51,438 nucleotides of DNA from Eggerthellaceae bacterium (GCA_963646155.1 CAVIUT010000002.1:1-51438); one strand, 5' to 3'. Positions 1 through 9,341 are shown, counted from the stretch's first letter. The notes: a model not told the origin generated them from the letters alone. Made by a program: numbers and translations.

Positions 1-45
1 GTAAAGAAGAAGCAGTTGAACTAACCGGGGTTGCAACTACACTGA

Positions 46-618
46 AGAACATGGGCTATACAGCTTGCAAATAAAAACAGAAGGTTTTTCTTTGGAAAGA
101 TGAAAAAAGGCGCAAGGGCATCGGAATATGAAACAGCAATACAATGGCTTATTGACTATGGTGTTGTTAGGAAGATAAACATGGTGAGCGAGCCTCGCCT
201 TCCTCTGAAAGCTTACATGAAAATGTCATCATTCAAACTCTTTCTTTTAGATGTAGGGCTTCTTGGAGCCTTATCAGAAATACCTGCGAAGGCAATAATA
301 GATGGAGATGATACTTTTGTTGAATTCAAAGGGGTGGCTGCCGGACAGTATGTGCTTCAGGAACTGAAAGCTACAACAGACTATCCTATATACTATTATG
401 GAACGGAGAGTGCCACATTCGAGCAGGATTTTCTCATTCAAAAAGATGTCGACATTATCCCTATAGAGGTAAAAAGTGGAGGTAATACAAGGTCTCAGAG
501 CCTCAAAGCATATTGCGATAAGTTTAATCCCCGACGAGCAGTGCGGTTTTCGACATTGAAGTATGTTTCACAGGGCTGGATGGAGAATATACCGCTTTAT
601 GGGGTTTTGAATCTCTGA
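46..618 (+). pseudogene. C-terminal (DUF4143-type) remnant of an AAA+ ATPase
   Basis: ORF 100..618 reads like the C-terminal half of DUF4143-type ATPases (KGARASEYETAIQWL, FKLFLLDVGLL, IPIEVKSG). In-frame similarity continues upstream of the ATG (QLANKNRRFFFGK) but is cut by in-frame stops at 43-45 and 22-24. No P-loop domain is present in the window. Confidence 0.5.
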
Positions 619-757
619 GTTGAATGGAAGTGAAAATGCCGGCCGTGACATGAATTGAACATTCGGATAGCACCCGATTCTCCTTTCTGAGGAAATCTTC
701 TCTTCCCATATTCGCACTTGATTTTGACAAAATCCCGGAATATGGCGTTAAAGGAGT

Positions 758-1486
758 ATGAGAAGAATTTTTTTATTAGCACTCTACTCTCTTTTTCTCC
801 TTTCGTCCTGTACTCTGGAAATAAAGAAGGAGATTACAGTCTCTCTCTTTTCCGACCTCAGCTGGGAGGAGGAGACGGGAGAGAGCATGTGGTTTAAGGT
901 AAGATACTTCGACGGGGAAAGCGTAAAGACAGATTATCTGTACGCTGACGAAAGGTCGATAAAGGTTGAGGTTTCGCCGTCGTCGCTTTCCGTCTTTGCT
1001 TTCTACCCACTCGGCACATTGACGCCGCTTGGGGGGTATTGGGAGCCGGGTAGGGAGGATAAGGTTTATGTCGAGCCGCAGCTGGGATACTTTGCTCAAA
1101 TGCTTGTCGACGCAGCAGAGACCCTTCCTGTTGCCGTCAAGGAGCTGTCCATAGATGCCGTCAGGGCCGATAATCCCGACCTCGGGGCAATTAAGAGGGA
1201 GAGCTTTCTTTCCACCCTTTACAGCGGGGAACTGACAAAGAGCAAGATAGAGCTCTCGAAGAAGTATACCGTTCCTCTTGACGGAGTTCTCTCCGGCTAT
1301 TGGATCAGCCTCTTCGGGCACTCATCCTCCTTTTCATTCATCGGCAACGGGGAGGGGCGGACGCTCTCTCTTCTACCGGGTATATGGTACTACCTTAATA
1401 AAGAGAGGGATTTGATTCTCGAGATAGTCATATCTGATGACGGGGAGTACTGGGTTAAGCACAAGGCCAAACCCAAGTGGTCATAA
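758..1486 (+). CDS. Hypothetical lipoprotein
   Basis: The N-terminus MRRIFLLALYSLFLLSSC is a signal peptide with a lipobox (LSSC). I recognise no family for the mature part. Confidence 0.6.
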   Translation: MRRIFLLALYSLFLLSSCTLEIKKEITVSLFSDLSWEEETGESMWFKVRYFDGESVKTDYLYADERSIKVEVSPSSLSVFAFYPLGTLTPLGGYWEPGREDKVYVEPQLGYFAQMLVDAAETLPVAVKELSIDAVRADNPDLGAIKRESFLSTLYSGELTKSKIELSKKYTVPLDGVLSGYWISLFGHSSSFSFIGNGEGRTLSLLPGIWYYLNKERDLILEIVISDDGEYWVKHKAKPKWS

Positions 1487-1522
1487 CTTGTTTATTTGTT
1501 TTTTTGATTTTAAAATAATGAT

Positions 1523-2725
1523 ATGGAATCATTAAGAGAACTCTACAGAATAGGTTACGGCCCCTCTTCTTCCCATACTATGGGCCCGAGAAGTGCAGCG
1601 GAAAGATTTATCAAGGAACACCCTGAAGTGAAGAAGGTGAGGGCGGAACTTTACGGCTCGCTTGCAGCAACAGGTAAGGGCCACCTTACAGACAAGGCGA
1701 TAGTCACAGTCTTTAATGATAACTCAATCGAAAGCGAGATTGTCTGGTTTCCGACCATCTTTAAGCCTTATCATCCCAATGCCGTCACATTCATAAGTGG
1801 GGACATTTCAGATACATATTATTCAGTCGGTGGCGGTAAAATCGTCAAGGAAGGCGAGAAAAGCGAGGCCGATGACACTGTCTATCCGGAACTTGTTTTA
1901 GGTGACATGGAGAAGATGCTTAATTACTGCGACTACCAGGGCTATCAGATGTGGGAGGTTGCAGTGGAGTACGAAGGCAAGGAGATTCTCGATTACATGA
2001 CAGAAGTGTGGCTCGTGATGAAGGACGCCATCAAAAGAGGACTTGAGAACGAGGGCGTACTTCCGGGAGGCCTTAAACTTCAGCGTAAGGCATGTCAGTC
2101 ACACGCCAAGTCAATTGACTTCTCCGGAAGTCTCGGAAACACCTCCCGTGCTCTTTCCTATGCACTTGCCGTAAGTGAGGAAAATGCAGGGGGTGGGAGA
2201 ATCGTCACAGCTCCGACATGCGGCAGCTGCGGGGTTCTTCCGGGTGTCCTCTACTACCTTCAGATGGAATATCAGATACCGGAAATAAGAATAAAGAGGG
2301 CTCTTCTGACAGCAGGGCTAGTAGGGAATATAGTGAAATCAAACGGGTCCATCAGTGGTGCTGAAGTTGGATGCCAGGGTGAAGTCGGGGTTGCATGTGC
2401 CATGGCGGGCGCTGCTGCGACACAGCTTTTGGGAGGATCAGTCCATCAGGTTGAATATGCCGCCGAGATGGGGCTGGAGCATCACCTGGGACTTACCTGC
2501 GATCCGTTGATGGGACTTGTTCAGGTTCCGTGCATCGAGCGTAATGCGATGGCATGTATGAGAGCAATCGACCACGCTTCCTTTGCTCTTATGAGTGACG
2601 GAAGGCACAAAGTCAGTTTTGACGATGTAGTTGAAGTTATGATGGAGACGGGAACTGCCATTCCGTCCCTCTACAGGGAAACAAGTAAAGGCGGACTGGC
2701 TAAAGTCGTCGACAGCAACGAGTGA
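1523..2725 (+). CDS. sdaA: L-serine ammonia-lyase (iron-sulfur dependent L-serine dehydratase)
   Basis: The N-terminal YRIGYGPSSSHTMGP motif, the Cys-containing APTCGSCGV segment and the 400-aa length are typical of Fe-S L-serine dehydratases. Confidence 0.85.
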   Translation: MESLRELYRIGYGPSSSHTMGPRSAAERFIKEHPEVKKVRAELYGSLAATGKGHLTDKAIVTVFNDNSIESEIVWFPTIFKPYHPNAVTFISGDISDTYYSVGGGKIVKEGEKSEADDTVYPELVLGDMEKMLNYCDYQGYQMWEVAVEYEGKEILDYMTEVWLVMKDAIKRGLENEGVLPGGLKLQRKACQSHAKSIDFSGSLGNTSRALSYALAVSEENAGGGRIVTAPTCGSCGVLPGVLYYLQMEYQIPEIRIKRALLTAGLVGNIVKSNGSISGAEVGCQGEVGVACAMAGAAATQLLGGSVHQVEYAAEMGLEHHLGLTCDPLMGLVQVPCIERNAMACMRAIDHASFALMSDGRHKVSFDDVVEVMMETGTAIPSLYRETSKGGLAKVVDSNE

Positions 2726-2757
2726 AGAATAGTTGACTGCCGGAGAGGATGATTTGT

Positions 2758-2795
2758 TATCGAGGTCGAAATTTTGACCTCGATAGATTTCTCTT
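2758..2795 (+). terminator. Hairpin terminator after sdaA
   Basis: Perfect 10-bp stem tatcgaggtc / gacctcgata with an 8-nt loop, followed by a T-containing tail (gatttctctt). It starts 33 nt after the sdaA stop. Confidence 0.55.
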
Positions 2796-2823
2796 CCCTT
2801 ATTGAGGCATCGGTGGCGTACAC

Positions 2824-3132
2824 GTGATGTTGAACTCTGACTTGGTCAAAATATACGGCTATATGACCAAAGCTTTCAACCAGCAGGTTAAAAACAACGC
2901 GCAATATTTTTCTTTCGATTTCATGATTGACGATGGAAGAAGCCAAAGAGTATTCGAGGTCAAAGAATTTTACCTTGAACGAGCAACCGAAGAGAGGGTG
3001 AAAATAAAATACAGGCCGAAAGCCTTTACAGAACAGGGGATATACATGTTGATAACAGTTCTGAAGGGAGAACTTGTCGTAAAGCGAAGTATTATTCTCC
3101 GCCTTCATGCGCCTAATCTCAAACGGGAATAA
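2824..3132 (+). CDS. ORF6N/KilA-N-related DNA-binding domain protein, probably a truncated remnant
   Basis: VMLNSDLVKIYG...AFTEQGIYMLITVLKG resembles the ORF6N-domain pattern (VMLDSDLAELYG...FTEQGVAMLSSVLKS). The usual N-terminal strand is cut off by an upstream stop and the middle is divergent. Confidence 0.35.
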   Translation: MMLNSDLVKIYGYMTKAFNQQVKNNAQYFSFDFMIDDGRSQRVFEVKEFYLERATEERVKIKYRPKAFTEQGIYMLITVLKGELVVKRSIILRLHAPNLKRE

Positions 3133-3150
3133 CCGGAGAATTATAGCGTA

Positions 3151-3176
3151 TTGTCAAAATTATAAAAAATTGACAA
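3151..3176. promoter_or_regulatory. Inverted-repeat operator 1 upstream of the AbiEi-like gene
   Basis: TTGTCAAAATTATAAAAAATTGACAA: 7-bp arms TTGTCAA/TTGACAA separated by 12 bp. Confidence 0.5.
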
Positions 3177-3217
3177 AACGCTTACATGAGTAGGGGCTTT
3201 TAATTATAATCAGCATA

Positions 3218-3243
3218 TAGTCAAAATAAACTGAAATTGACAA
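3218..3243. promoter_or_regulatory. Inverted-repeat operator 2 upstream of the AbiEi-like gene
   Basis: TAGTCAAAATAAACTGAAATTGACAA has the same 26-bp architecture as operator 1 (shared GTCAAAAT...AAATTGACAA). It lies 67 bp downstream of operator 1 and ends 22 nt before the start codon. Confidence 0.5.
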
Positions 3244-3265
3244 TGTGCTGGAGTAAGGATTGAAT

Positions 3266-3982
3266 ATGTGGGAAGAGAAGGCGTTATCAGTATTATCAGA
3301 TAGAAAAACTTATTCGCGAGATGACCTTTTTCGAGCACTTAAAGATGTAAGGCCTGAATTAAGAGAAGAGGCATTTCGCTGGATACTATATAATTTGTTA
3401 AAGGAGAAGAAAATTTCAAAGGTAGGATACAACACTTATATTACATCTGAGATAGGAAAGCTACCTCAATATAAACCCTGCTATTCACAAAAGGCAAAAG
3501 CTTTGATTGACACTTTAAAGGAACGTTATCCACGCCTGGCATTTGTTGTGTTTGAAAGTGTACTTCTCAATGAATTTCTGAATCATCAAATTGCCCAGAA
3601 CACGATATATGTCCAGGTTGAAAAGGATGTAAGCTTTTATATTTTCGAGACTCTTAAGGAAGAATGTGAAAAGGGTGTATTATACAATCCTACAAGAAAG
3701 GAATTCGACAAATATTGGATTAGCGACTGTGTTGTAGTTTTGGATTTAATCAGTCAATCTCCTCTATCTTCTGAGAGTCCACATGAAATGACGATTGAAA
3801 AGATGCTTGTGGATATAATTGCCGAGAAGAGCATGTCGGCAACATATAGCCCGTCGGAGATTCCGACGATATATGATGATGTAGTAAATACTTATAATGT
3901 TGATGTTCGGAAAATGAACAGGTATGCAGGAAGAAGAGGAAAAACCTCTCAGATACAAGAATACGCAGGAGGGAAAGAGTAG
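3266..3982 (+). CDS. AbiEi-like (type IV toxin-antitoxin) antitoxin / winged-helix regulator
   Basis: The N-terminal wHTH-like segment (YSRDDLFRALKDVRPELREEAFRWILYNLLKEKKISKVGYNTYI) and the ~240-aa size fit AbiEi. A nucleotidyltransferase-toxin remnant follows directly. ATG at 3266 is preceded by AAGGA. The track start at 3260 is a TTG. Confidence 0.55.
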   Translation: MWEEKALSVLSDRKTYSRDDLFRALKDVRPELREEAFRWILYNLLKEKKISKVGYNTYITSEIGKLPQYKPCYSQKAKALIDTLKERYPRLAFVVFESVLLNEFLNHQIAQNTIYVQVEKDVSFYIFETLKEECEKGVLYNPTRKEFDKYWISDCVVVLDLISQSPLSSESPHEMTIEKMLVDIIAEKSMSATYSPSEIPTIYDDVVNTYNVDVRKMNRYAGRRGKTSQIQEYAGGKE

Positions 3983-3997
3983 AGGTTATCAAAAGAG

Positions 3998-4672
3998 ATG
4001 TGCAAAGCATCGTATATTGATGAGTTGCATAAACGTTCTGGCAGCAATCCTTCGCTTCTTGAAAGAGTGATTTTTTGCATTCGGATTACTGGAAGCAATC
4101 AAGAGAGAGGGTCTTCCTTTTTGTTTTAAGGGAGGAACATCCCTCATACAACCGGTATCCCGTTCGGAGCAGATAAGGAATTGGAAATTGTAAAGCAACT
4201 CTTTGACTGTGGCTCTATTTTTGAGGCGATGAGTAATTTCTACGATGTTTGTGCCTCATATGATAATTTCGTTAAATCACAGCTGTCATACCGAGGTCTT
4301 TCTCTTTCAAAGGATGAAGTTCTCATGGACACAATCAAAGGCAGTCTCTGTATTGCCAGTCGAGGACAGTTGTATGGAGAAGACTACACATATTTCCAGG
4401 ACGGTATTTCGAGGATAAGAAATCATATCCTCGGCGGTAAATTCAATGGAGAAATCGCGGGGGCATACGCAGCAAGAGTTTTATATCTTTCTTCATCCAT
4501 GTTGACTCAGCAGGAAGCTATTATGAAGATAAGCGATGCCTCTATTTGTATAGAGAAAAAGATTGAGCTTCCGAAACCGAAGAGTTTCTCGTATCTTCAA
4601 GTTGTTGATCCGATTGCATACGGATACATCATTGAATCAGGCAGGCTGCTGCACGGGGCGATTGCGTTGTAA
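3998..4672 (+). pseudogene. AbiEii/AbiGii-type nucleotidyltransferase toxin, frameshifted
   Basis: Recognisable pieces lie in different frames. Frame 2 gives ...IDELHKRSGSNPSLLER. Frame 3 gives FFAFGLLEAIKREGLPFCFKGGTSL (the FKGGTSL motif). Frame 2 then resumes with IPFGADKELEI, in the position of RFSEDIDL, and runs on to 4672. There are stops at 4068-4070 (frame 3) and 4127-4129 (frame 2). Confidence 0.5.
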
Positions 4673-4703
4673 TCGATAATGGACAGAGACCAATTCTATC
4701 CTT

Positions 4704-5696
4704 TCATGTTGATTCTCTTTCAACGAGAACAGATGAATATACTGTGTGCTTAACAGGCCTTGTCCCGCCCTTTGCCTCTATGTCTCTGATAAGCATATTC
4801 ACAGCTTCCCTTCCCATCTCCTTGGCGGGGACCTCCATGCTTGTCATAGTAGTTTCAAGATATCCTCCGAGGCTGATTCCCGTCAGAGATATAAGCTTGA
4901 CATCTTCCGAAATTTTCTTTCCCATGAGTTTCAGCGCTCTCTGGGCCCCAAGTCCCTGTATGTCGAGAGAAGCAAGCACCCCGTCGATTTCATCGTTCTC
5001 GGCAAAGAGCTTTTTTGTACACACCAGGCCGTAGTCAAATGTCATAGGCTCGCTGTCGTCCATGGCGACAATACCTTCTATTCCGACTTCCCTGAGCGCC
5101 TTCAGAAAGCCGTTGTATCTTTCCATATAAGGGTGAAGAGCGAGGTTCCCGATTATAAGACCAAGGTGTCTGCATCCACGGCTGAAGAGATATTTGACTG
5201 CATCATAGCCGTTCTTGTAGTAATCGGTAACAATGCTGGACAGCTTGTCATCCTGTTTCCTCACAGTCTGAAGCACTGGAATACCTTCTGCGTTGATATC
5301 CCTCAGTATTCTGTTGTTTTTACCGCTTGATGAAATGATAACACCGTCGACAAGTCCTTTGCGGAGCCTCTCGAGAATCTCTTTCTCCGTGTTCTCGTCA
5401 TCATCTGTTACACCCAGAATACACTGGTAACCGAGTTTCCTCGCTTCATCCGATATTGCAGGCACCATATCAGAATAGAGTGCATCAGCAATCCGGGGCA
5501 CTATGAAAGCTATAGTATTACGCCTGCCGCTCCTCAGGGCCTGTGCTACGACATTGGGGTGGTACCCCAGGCTTTCTGCCGCTTCAATAATTCTCCTTTT
5601 TGTCTCAGGGTGGACGTAGGAAGTGTTGTTCAATGCTCTTGAAACAGTACTGACATCGACATTCGCTTTCTTCGCTACATCTTTCAGTGTGGCCAT
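4704..5696 (-). CDS. LacI family transcriptional regulator
   Basis: The N-terminal HTH MATLKDVAKKANVDVSTVSRALNN is followed by a periplasmic-binding-protein-like sugar-binding fold. Length is 330 aa. Confidence 0.9.
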   Translation of the reverse strand: MATLKDVAKKANVDVSTVSRALNNTSYVHPETKRRIIEAAESLGYHPNVVAQALRSGRRNTIAFIVPRIADALYSDMVPAISDEARKLGYQCILGVTDDDENTEKEILERLRKGLVDGVIISSSGKNNRILRDINAEGIPVLQTVRKQDDKLSSIVTDYYKNGYDAVKYLFSRGCRHLGLIIGNLALHPYMERYNGFLKALREVGIEGIVAMDDSEPMTFDYGLVCTKKLFAENDEIDGVLASLDIQGLGAQRALKLMGKKISEDVKLISLTGISLGGYLETTMTSMEVPAKEMGREAVNMLIRDIEAKGGTRPVKHTVYSSVLVEREST

Positions 5697-5720
5697 GATT
5701 TAACCTCCCGTTTATTAGTT

Positions 5721-5738
5721 TATGCAAAAATTTGCATA
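5721..5738. promoter_or_regulatory. LacI-type palindromic operator candidate
   Basis: TATGCAAAAATTTGCATA is a 16/18 palindrome with TGCAAA/TTTGCA half-sites. It lies in the divergent lacI-family/dapA-family intergenic region. Confidence 0.5.
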
Positions 5739-5762
5739 TTTCAAATCAAAAATGCCCCTTTG

Positions 5763-5776
5763 TGCAATTTATTGCA
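5763..5776. promoter_or_regulatory. Second LacI-type palindrome
   Basis: TGCAATTTATTGCA is a 12/14 palindrome with the same TGCAA half-site as the first operator. Confidence 0.4.
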
Positions 5777-5902
5777 GAATATAAAATTTCATTGCTTTCC
5801 CCGATTTAGGCATTAAAAATGATGTCATAAATGAAACAAACGATTGCACATACGGAAGCGCGCATAGAAATGTTGTAGTCGATGTTTTTAAAGGAGTATA
5901 AA

Positions 5903-6877
5903 ATGACAAAAGCAAAGAATTTCAAGACTATCTTCCCGGCAGTATCAGTACCATTGAACGATGATTATTCCATCAACGAAGAGGAATTCAGAGTATACCT
6001 CAGATGGATCAAGAGCTTCTATGATGACGGCATTCAGGGAATCGTCGTGAACGGTCATACAGGAGAGGTGACAGGACTCAGAAGAGCAGAGAGAAAGAGG
6101 ATCGTCGAAATTGCCAACGAGGAAGTCGGCGACAAGATGACAATTGTCAGTGGGCTCAACTGCGAGAATACAATCGAATCAATCGAGATGGCTAAGGAAG
6201 CAAAGGAAGCAGGAGCTGATGCAATTCTATTGATGCCCCCACATATGTGGTTGAGATTCGGAATGAATCCTGATGCTCCATTTGAGTATGTGAAGGATGT
6301 AGCCGAGGGTGCAGATATCGACATCGTCATCCATCTTTATCCTGCAACAAGCAAGGCTTTCTATCCTGTCGAAACACTCATAAAGATGTGTAAGGAGATC
6401 GACCACGTGAAGTGTATAAAGATGGGAACACGTGTGACATCCATCTACGAGCATGATGTAAGGCTTCTTCGCCAGGAATGTCCCGATATCTCCCTCATTA
6501 CATGTCATGACGAAACACTCTGTGTGAGCTGGTTCCCGGGAATGGACGGCGCCCTCATCGGTTTTGCAGGATGTGTTCCCGAGCTCATCTGCCCGGCATG
6601 GAATGTCTTCAAGAACCCGGAGAAGCACACTCTCAAGGAAGCTCAGGACTGGTCGAACAGAATCTATCATATCTCACAGGCAATCTACGGTGGCGGCCAG
6701 CCTTCTGGTGAGGCACACGCAAGACTCAAGGAAGCTTTATATCAGAGAGGCGTATTCTCTAATGCCATCATGCGTAAGCCTGTTCTTCCTCTCAATGATG
6801 AAGAGAAGGCATGGGTTGCTCTCGGACTTGAAAAGAGCCAGCTGGGCAAGGTCGATATGTCAAAATACAGCAGATAA
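5903..6877 (+). CDS. Dihydrodipicolinate synthase/N-acetylneuraminate lyase family (class I aldolase) protein
   Basis: It has the GHTGE motif, a LYPATS tyrosine motif and a Schiff-base lysine context (VKCIKMG). The start is moved to ATG 5903, which has an AAGGAG SD 6 nt upstream. Confidence 0.85.
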   Translation: MTKAKNFKTIFPAVSVPLNDDYSINEEEFRVYLRWIKSFYDDGIQGIVVNGHTGEVTGLRRAERKRIVEIANEEVGDKMTIVSGLNCENTIESIEMAKEAKEAGADAILLMPPHMWLRFGMNPDAPFEYVKDVAEGADIDIVIHLYPATSKAFYPVETLIKMCKEIDHVKCIKMGTRVTSIYEHDVRLLRQECPDISLITCHDETLCVSWFPGMDGALIGFAGCVPELICPAWNVFKNPEKHTLKEAQDWSNRIYHISQAIYGGGQPSGEAHARLKEALYQRGVFSNAIMRKPVLPLNDEEKAWVALGLEKSQLGKVDMSKYSR

Positions 6878-6959
6878 AAACTGTTCATTCCGTCTTCCGT
6901 TCTGATACTTTAATATTAGGACGGAGTAAAAAGGGGTCCGGTAACTCCGGATAAGAATT

Positions 6960-8222
6960 ATGGAAGAAATAAAAACAAAAGAAGATTTCAATCCTGCGAA
7001 CGTAAAGAAATTATCATTCGTTGAGATACTCAAAAAGATAGGCCCCGGCATTGTCCTCAGCGGCATTGTCATAGGACCTGGGGCAATAACGACGGCGGCT
7101 AATCTCGGCGCCTCCTACGGCTACTCACTTCTATGGCTCTACATTCTTGTAGGCTTCATGGGCAGTGTATACGTCCTCGCAACCTACCGTCTCAGTATGA
7201 TAACAGGTCTTCCGACACTGCACGCCATACGTAAGTATTACGGGCCGTTTGCATCACGGTTTACGGGAATAGCATTATTCCTTACGTGCCTCTTCTTTAC
7301 TATGGGTAACATATCGGGATCCGGTACGGGCTTACAGCTGCTTTTCGGCATCAACTGGAAAATCGGCTCTCTCATAATGATTGCCATTCTCCTTCTTCTT
7401 TATTTTGCAAAGAACGTCTACTCGAAGATAGAGAAGGGAATCACAGTCTGTATTATCGCAATGATTGTCGCATTCTACATCACTCTCATAGGGCTCGGCG
7501 GACCTGACTGGGGAGAAGCGGCAAAAGGTCTGGTATCTATCGGAAAATTCCCGGAGGGAAGTGTTGTTGCGGCTCTTGGATTTTTGTCGACACATGCCGC
7601 TCTCACAACAGGAATATATGGAACATACCTGGGTAAAGAGAAGAAATGGACTAAAGAAGATCTTTTCAACGGCGCTATGAAGGCTGATGCAATAGCCCAC
7701 GTAGCATGTGTTATTCTTATAAGCATTGCAATCATGCTTGTTGGTGCTATTGTTCTCAATCCTCAGGGAGTATCCCTCAAGCAGCCGGCACAGCTTGCAG
7801 ACCTCCTTGCTCCTGTATTCGGTAAGGGTGCCTACATCATCATGGGGATTGCTCTTCTCGGTGCTGCCTTTTCCTCTCTATTGGGAAATACACAACGTGG
7901 TCTTGTTCTTCTGAGTGCAGGATTCGAGAAGGAGACAAGTCTGGACAGCAAGTTCATCAAGTACGGATGTACGATTATCCTCGCTGTATGTACTGCCATC
8001 TGTTTCGTCTATAATGGTTCTCCGGTGCAGCTTATACTCATTGCGAACTTTGCAACATGTATTGCAACTCCCGTATCAGGTGCATTTGTAACCCTGATGC
8101 TCTGGAGAAAAGATACCACCGGCGGCTATAAGGCTCCCACAGCCCTCAGGATATGCATGACGATTTGTTATATCGTCTGTCTTATCCTGACAGGAGTTTC
8201 CTTCTACAGTCTCATATCATAA
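6960..8222 (+). CDS. NRAMP-fold (COG1914-like) transporter lacking the canonical metal-site residues
   Basis: It aligns by eye to MntH TM1 (IGPGIVLSGIVIGPGAITTAANLGASYGYSLLW versus [33 protein letters not shown]). DPGN is replaced by GPGA, and the TM6 MPH motif by STH. It is 420 aa and multi-TM. Confidence 0.75.
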   Translation: MEEIKTKEDFNPANVKKLSFVEILKKIGPGIVLSGIVIGPGAITTAANLGASYGYSLLWLYILVGFMGSVYVLATYRLSMITGLPTLHAIRKYYGPFASRFTGIALFLTCLFFTMGNISGSGTGLQLLFGINWKIGSLIMIAILLLLYFAKNVYSKIEKGITVCIIAMIVAFYITLIGLGGPDWGEAAKGLVSIGKFPEGSVVAALGFLSTHAALTTGIYGTYLGKEKKWTKEDLFNGAMKADAIAHVACVILISIAIMLVGAIVLNPQGVSLKQPAQLADLLAPVFGKGAYIIMGIALLGAAFSSLLGNTQRGLVLLSAGFEKETSLDSKFIKYGCTIILAVCTAICFVYNGSPVQLILIANFATCIATPVSGAFVTLMLWRKDTTGGYKAPTALRICMTICYIVCLILTGVSFYSLIS

Positions 8223-8242
8223 AGAGTAGAACAAGAGATAAA

Positions 8243-8273
8243 AAGCTTCGGAAAGTGTATCTTTCCGGAGCTT
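8243..8273. terminator. Convergent (bidirectional) hairpin terminator
   Basis: aagcttcggaaag tgtat ctttccggagctt forms a 13-bp stem with one mismatch. It lies between the convergent transporter and azlD genes, with a T-rich tail on the plus strand and an A-run before it. Confidence 0.6.
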
Positions 8274-8300
8274 CTTCCTTTCTGTAACAATCAATGAAAT

Positions 8301-8612
8301 TTATCCGGTAATCAGAATCATTATTAGGGCGCTTATGCAGCTGAGGGATGCAGTCAACGGAAGACCCAGGTTGAAGAAGGAGACAATGACGGCAACAATC
8401 AGCCCGACAAGGGATGATGTGAATGAGCCCGTTGAATTGAGTATTGCGGGGAAGGTAAGGGAAGCAAGCGTTACATACGGCGCGTAATAAAGAAAAGAAC
8501 GGAAGAACGTGTTCTTGATTGGCTTCTTCAAGAGGAGAAGAGGTATAACCCTTATGAGGTATGTTGTGACGGCAATAGCCACAATTGATATGTAGATATA
8601 AGCATCACTCAT
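8301..8612 (-). CDS. azlD: AzlD-family branched-chain amino acid transport protein
   Basis: A 103-aa hydrophobic protein that overlaps the stop of the azlC-like gene by 8 nt, which is the typical azlCD arrangement. Confidence 0.75.
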   Translation of the reverse strand: MSDAYIYISIVAIAVTTYLIRVIPLLLLKKPIKNTFFRSFLYYAPYVTLASLTFPAILNSTGSFTSSLVGLIVAVIVSFFNLGLPLTASLSCISALIMILITG

Positions 8613-9333
8613 TGTAATTCTCCTCGATTGTATTTTCCTTTACAGGGAAAAGAAGGGCCGCAAGAGACGCTATAACCACAGTAATGATGATAACTTTCAT
8701 TCCTGAGGATATTTTTTTTAAGGCTGGAGTTTTTTCAAAGATAAAGCTCATAGCCATAGCAAGGAATACTGACAAGGCTATTGTTCTGTTCTCCTTCGCC
8801 TGTGGAATTATGATTGCGATGAACATTGCATAGAGCGCAAGAGAGAGTGCATTTGTTATTGCCTGCGGTAGGATTTCCCCCATCACGCCACCCAGTGCCG
8901 TCCCGATTATCCAACCCGGGCAGGCAAGAGTCATGGCCCCGACATTGTACATAGGGTTGAGCGGGTATTTTCTTCCGGCAGCAAGGCCGAAGATTTCGTC
9001 CGTAACTCCCATTGCCATGAGCATTCTCTTTCCTGTTCCCGTTTCGGGGGAGAGCCTCACCGCGAGAGCTGCACTCATCAAGAGATACCTGAGGTTTATG
9101 ACTATCGTCGAGAGTATAAGAACCCACACCGAGCCGTGCTCCGACATGATATCGAGTGCGGCGGCCTGACCTGCTGAGGTGTAGTTGAGCGCGCTCATCA
9201 GGGCGCTCTGGTACCATTTGATTCCGATGCTGGAAGCTCTGAGCCCAAGGGTGAAGGAGACGGCTGCATAGCCGAGTGCCACGCTGATGCCGTCTACCAT
9301 TCCTCTTTTATAGTTCTCAAGATTGTCTGACAT
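8605..9333 (-). CDS. azlC: AzlC-family amino acid exporter/permease
   Basis: A 242-aa polytopic protein with AzlC-like segments (GISVALGYAAVSFTLGL, VINLRYLLMSAAL), paired with azlD. Confidence 0.8.
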   Translation of the reverse strand: MSDNLENYKRGMVDGISVALGYAAVSFTLGLRASSIGIKWYQSALMSALNYTSAGQAAALDIMSEHGSVWVLILSTIVINLRYLLMSAALAVRLSPETGTGKRMLMAMGVTDEIFGLAAGRKYPLNPMYNVGAMTLACPGWIIGTALGGVMGEILPQAITNALSLALYAMFIAIIIPQAKENRTIALSVFLAMAMSFIFEKTPALKKISSGMKVIIITVVIASLAALLFPVKENTIEENYNE

Positions 9334-9341
9334 ACAATCCT

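Noticed and set aside
1-99. Possible second IS605 end at the left window edge, which would explain the truncated DUF4143 ATPase
   Set aside because: I found no similarity between 1-99 and the RE sequence at 51138-51260 in either orientation. The cause of the truncation cannot be determined from this window.
4181-4672. 163-aa ORF with a TTG start as an independent gene
   Set aside because: Its frame continues upstream without a plausible RBS. Its 5' end aligns with the SEDIDL-region of AbiEii toxins. I treat it as the distal part of the frameshifted pseudogene.
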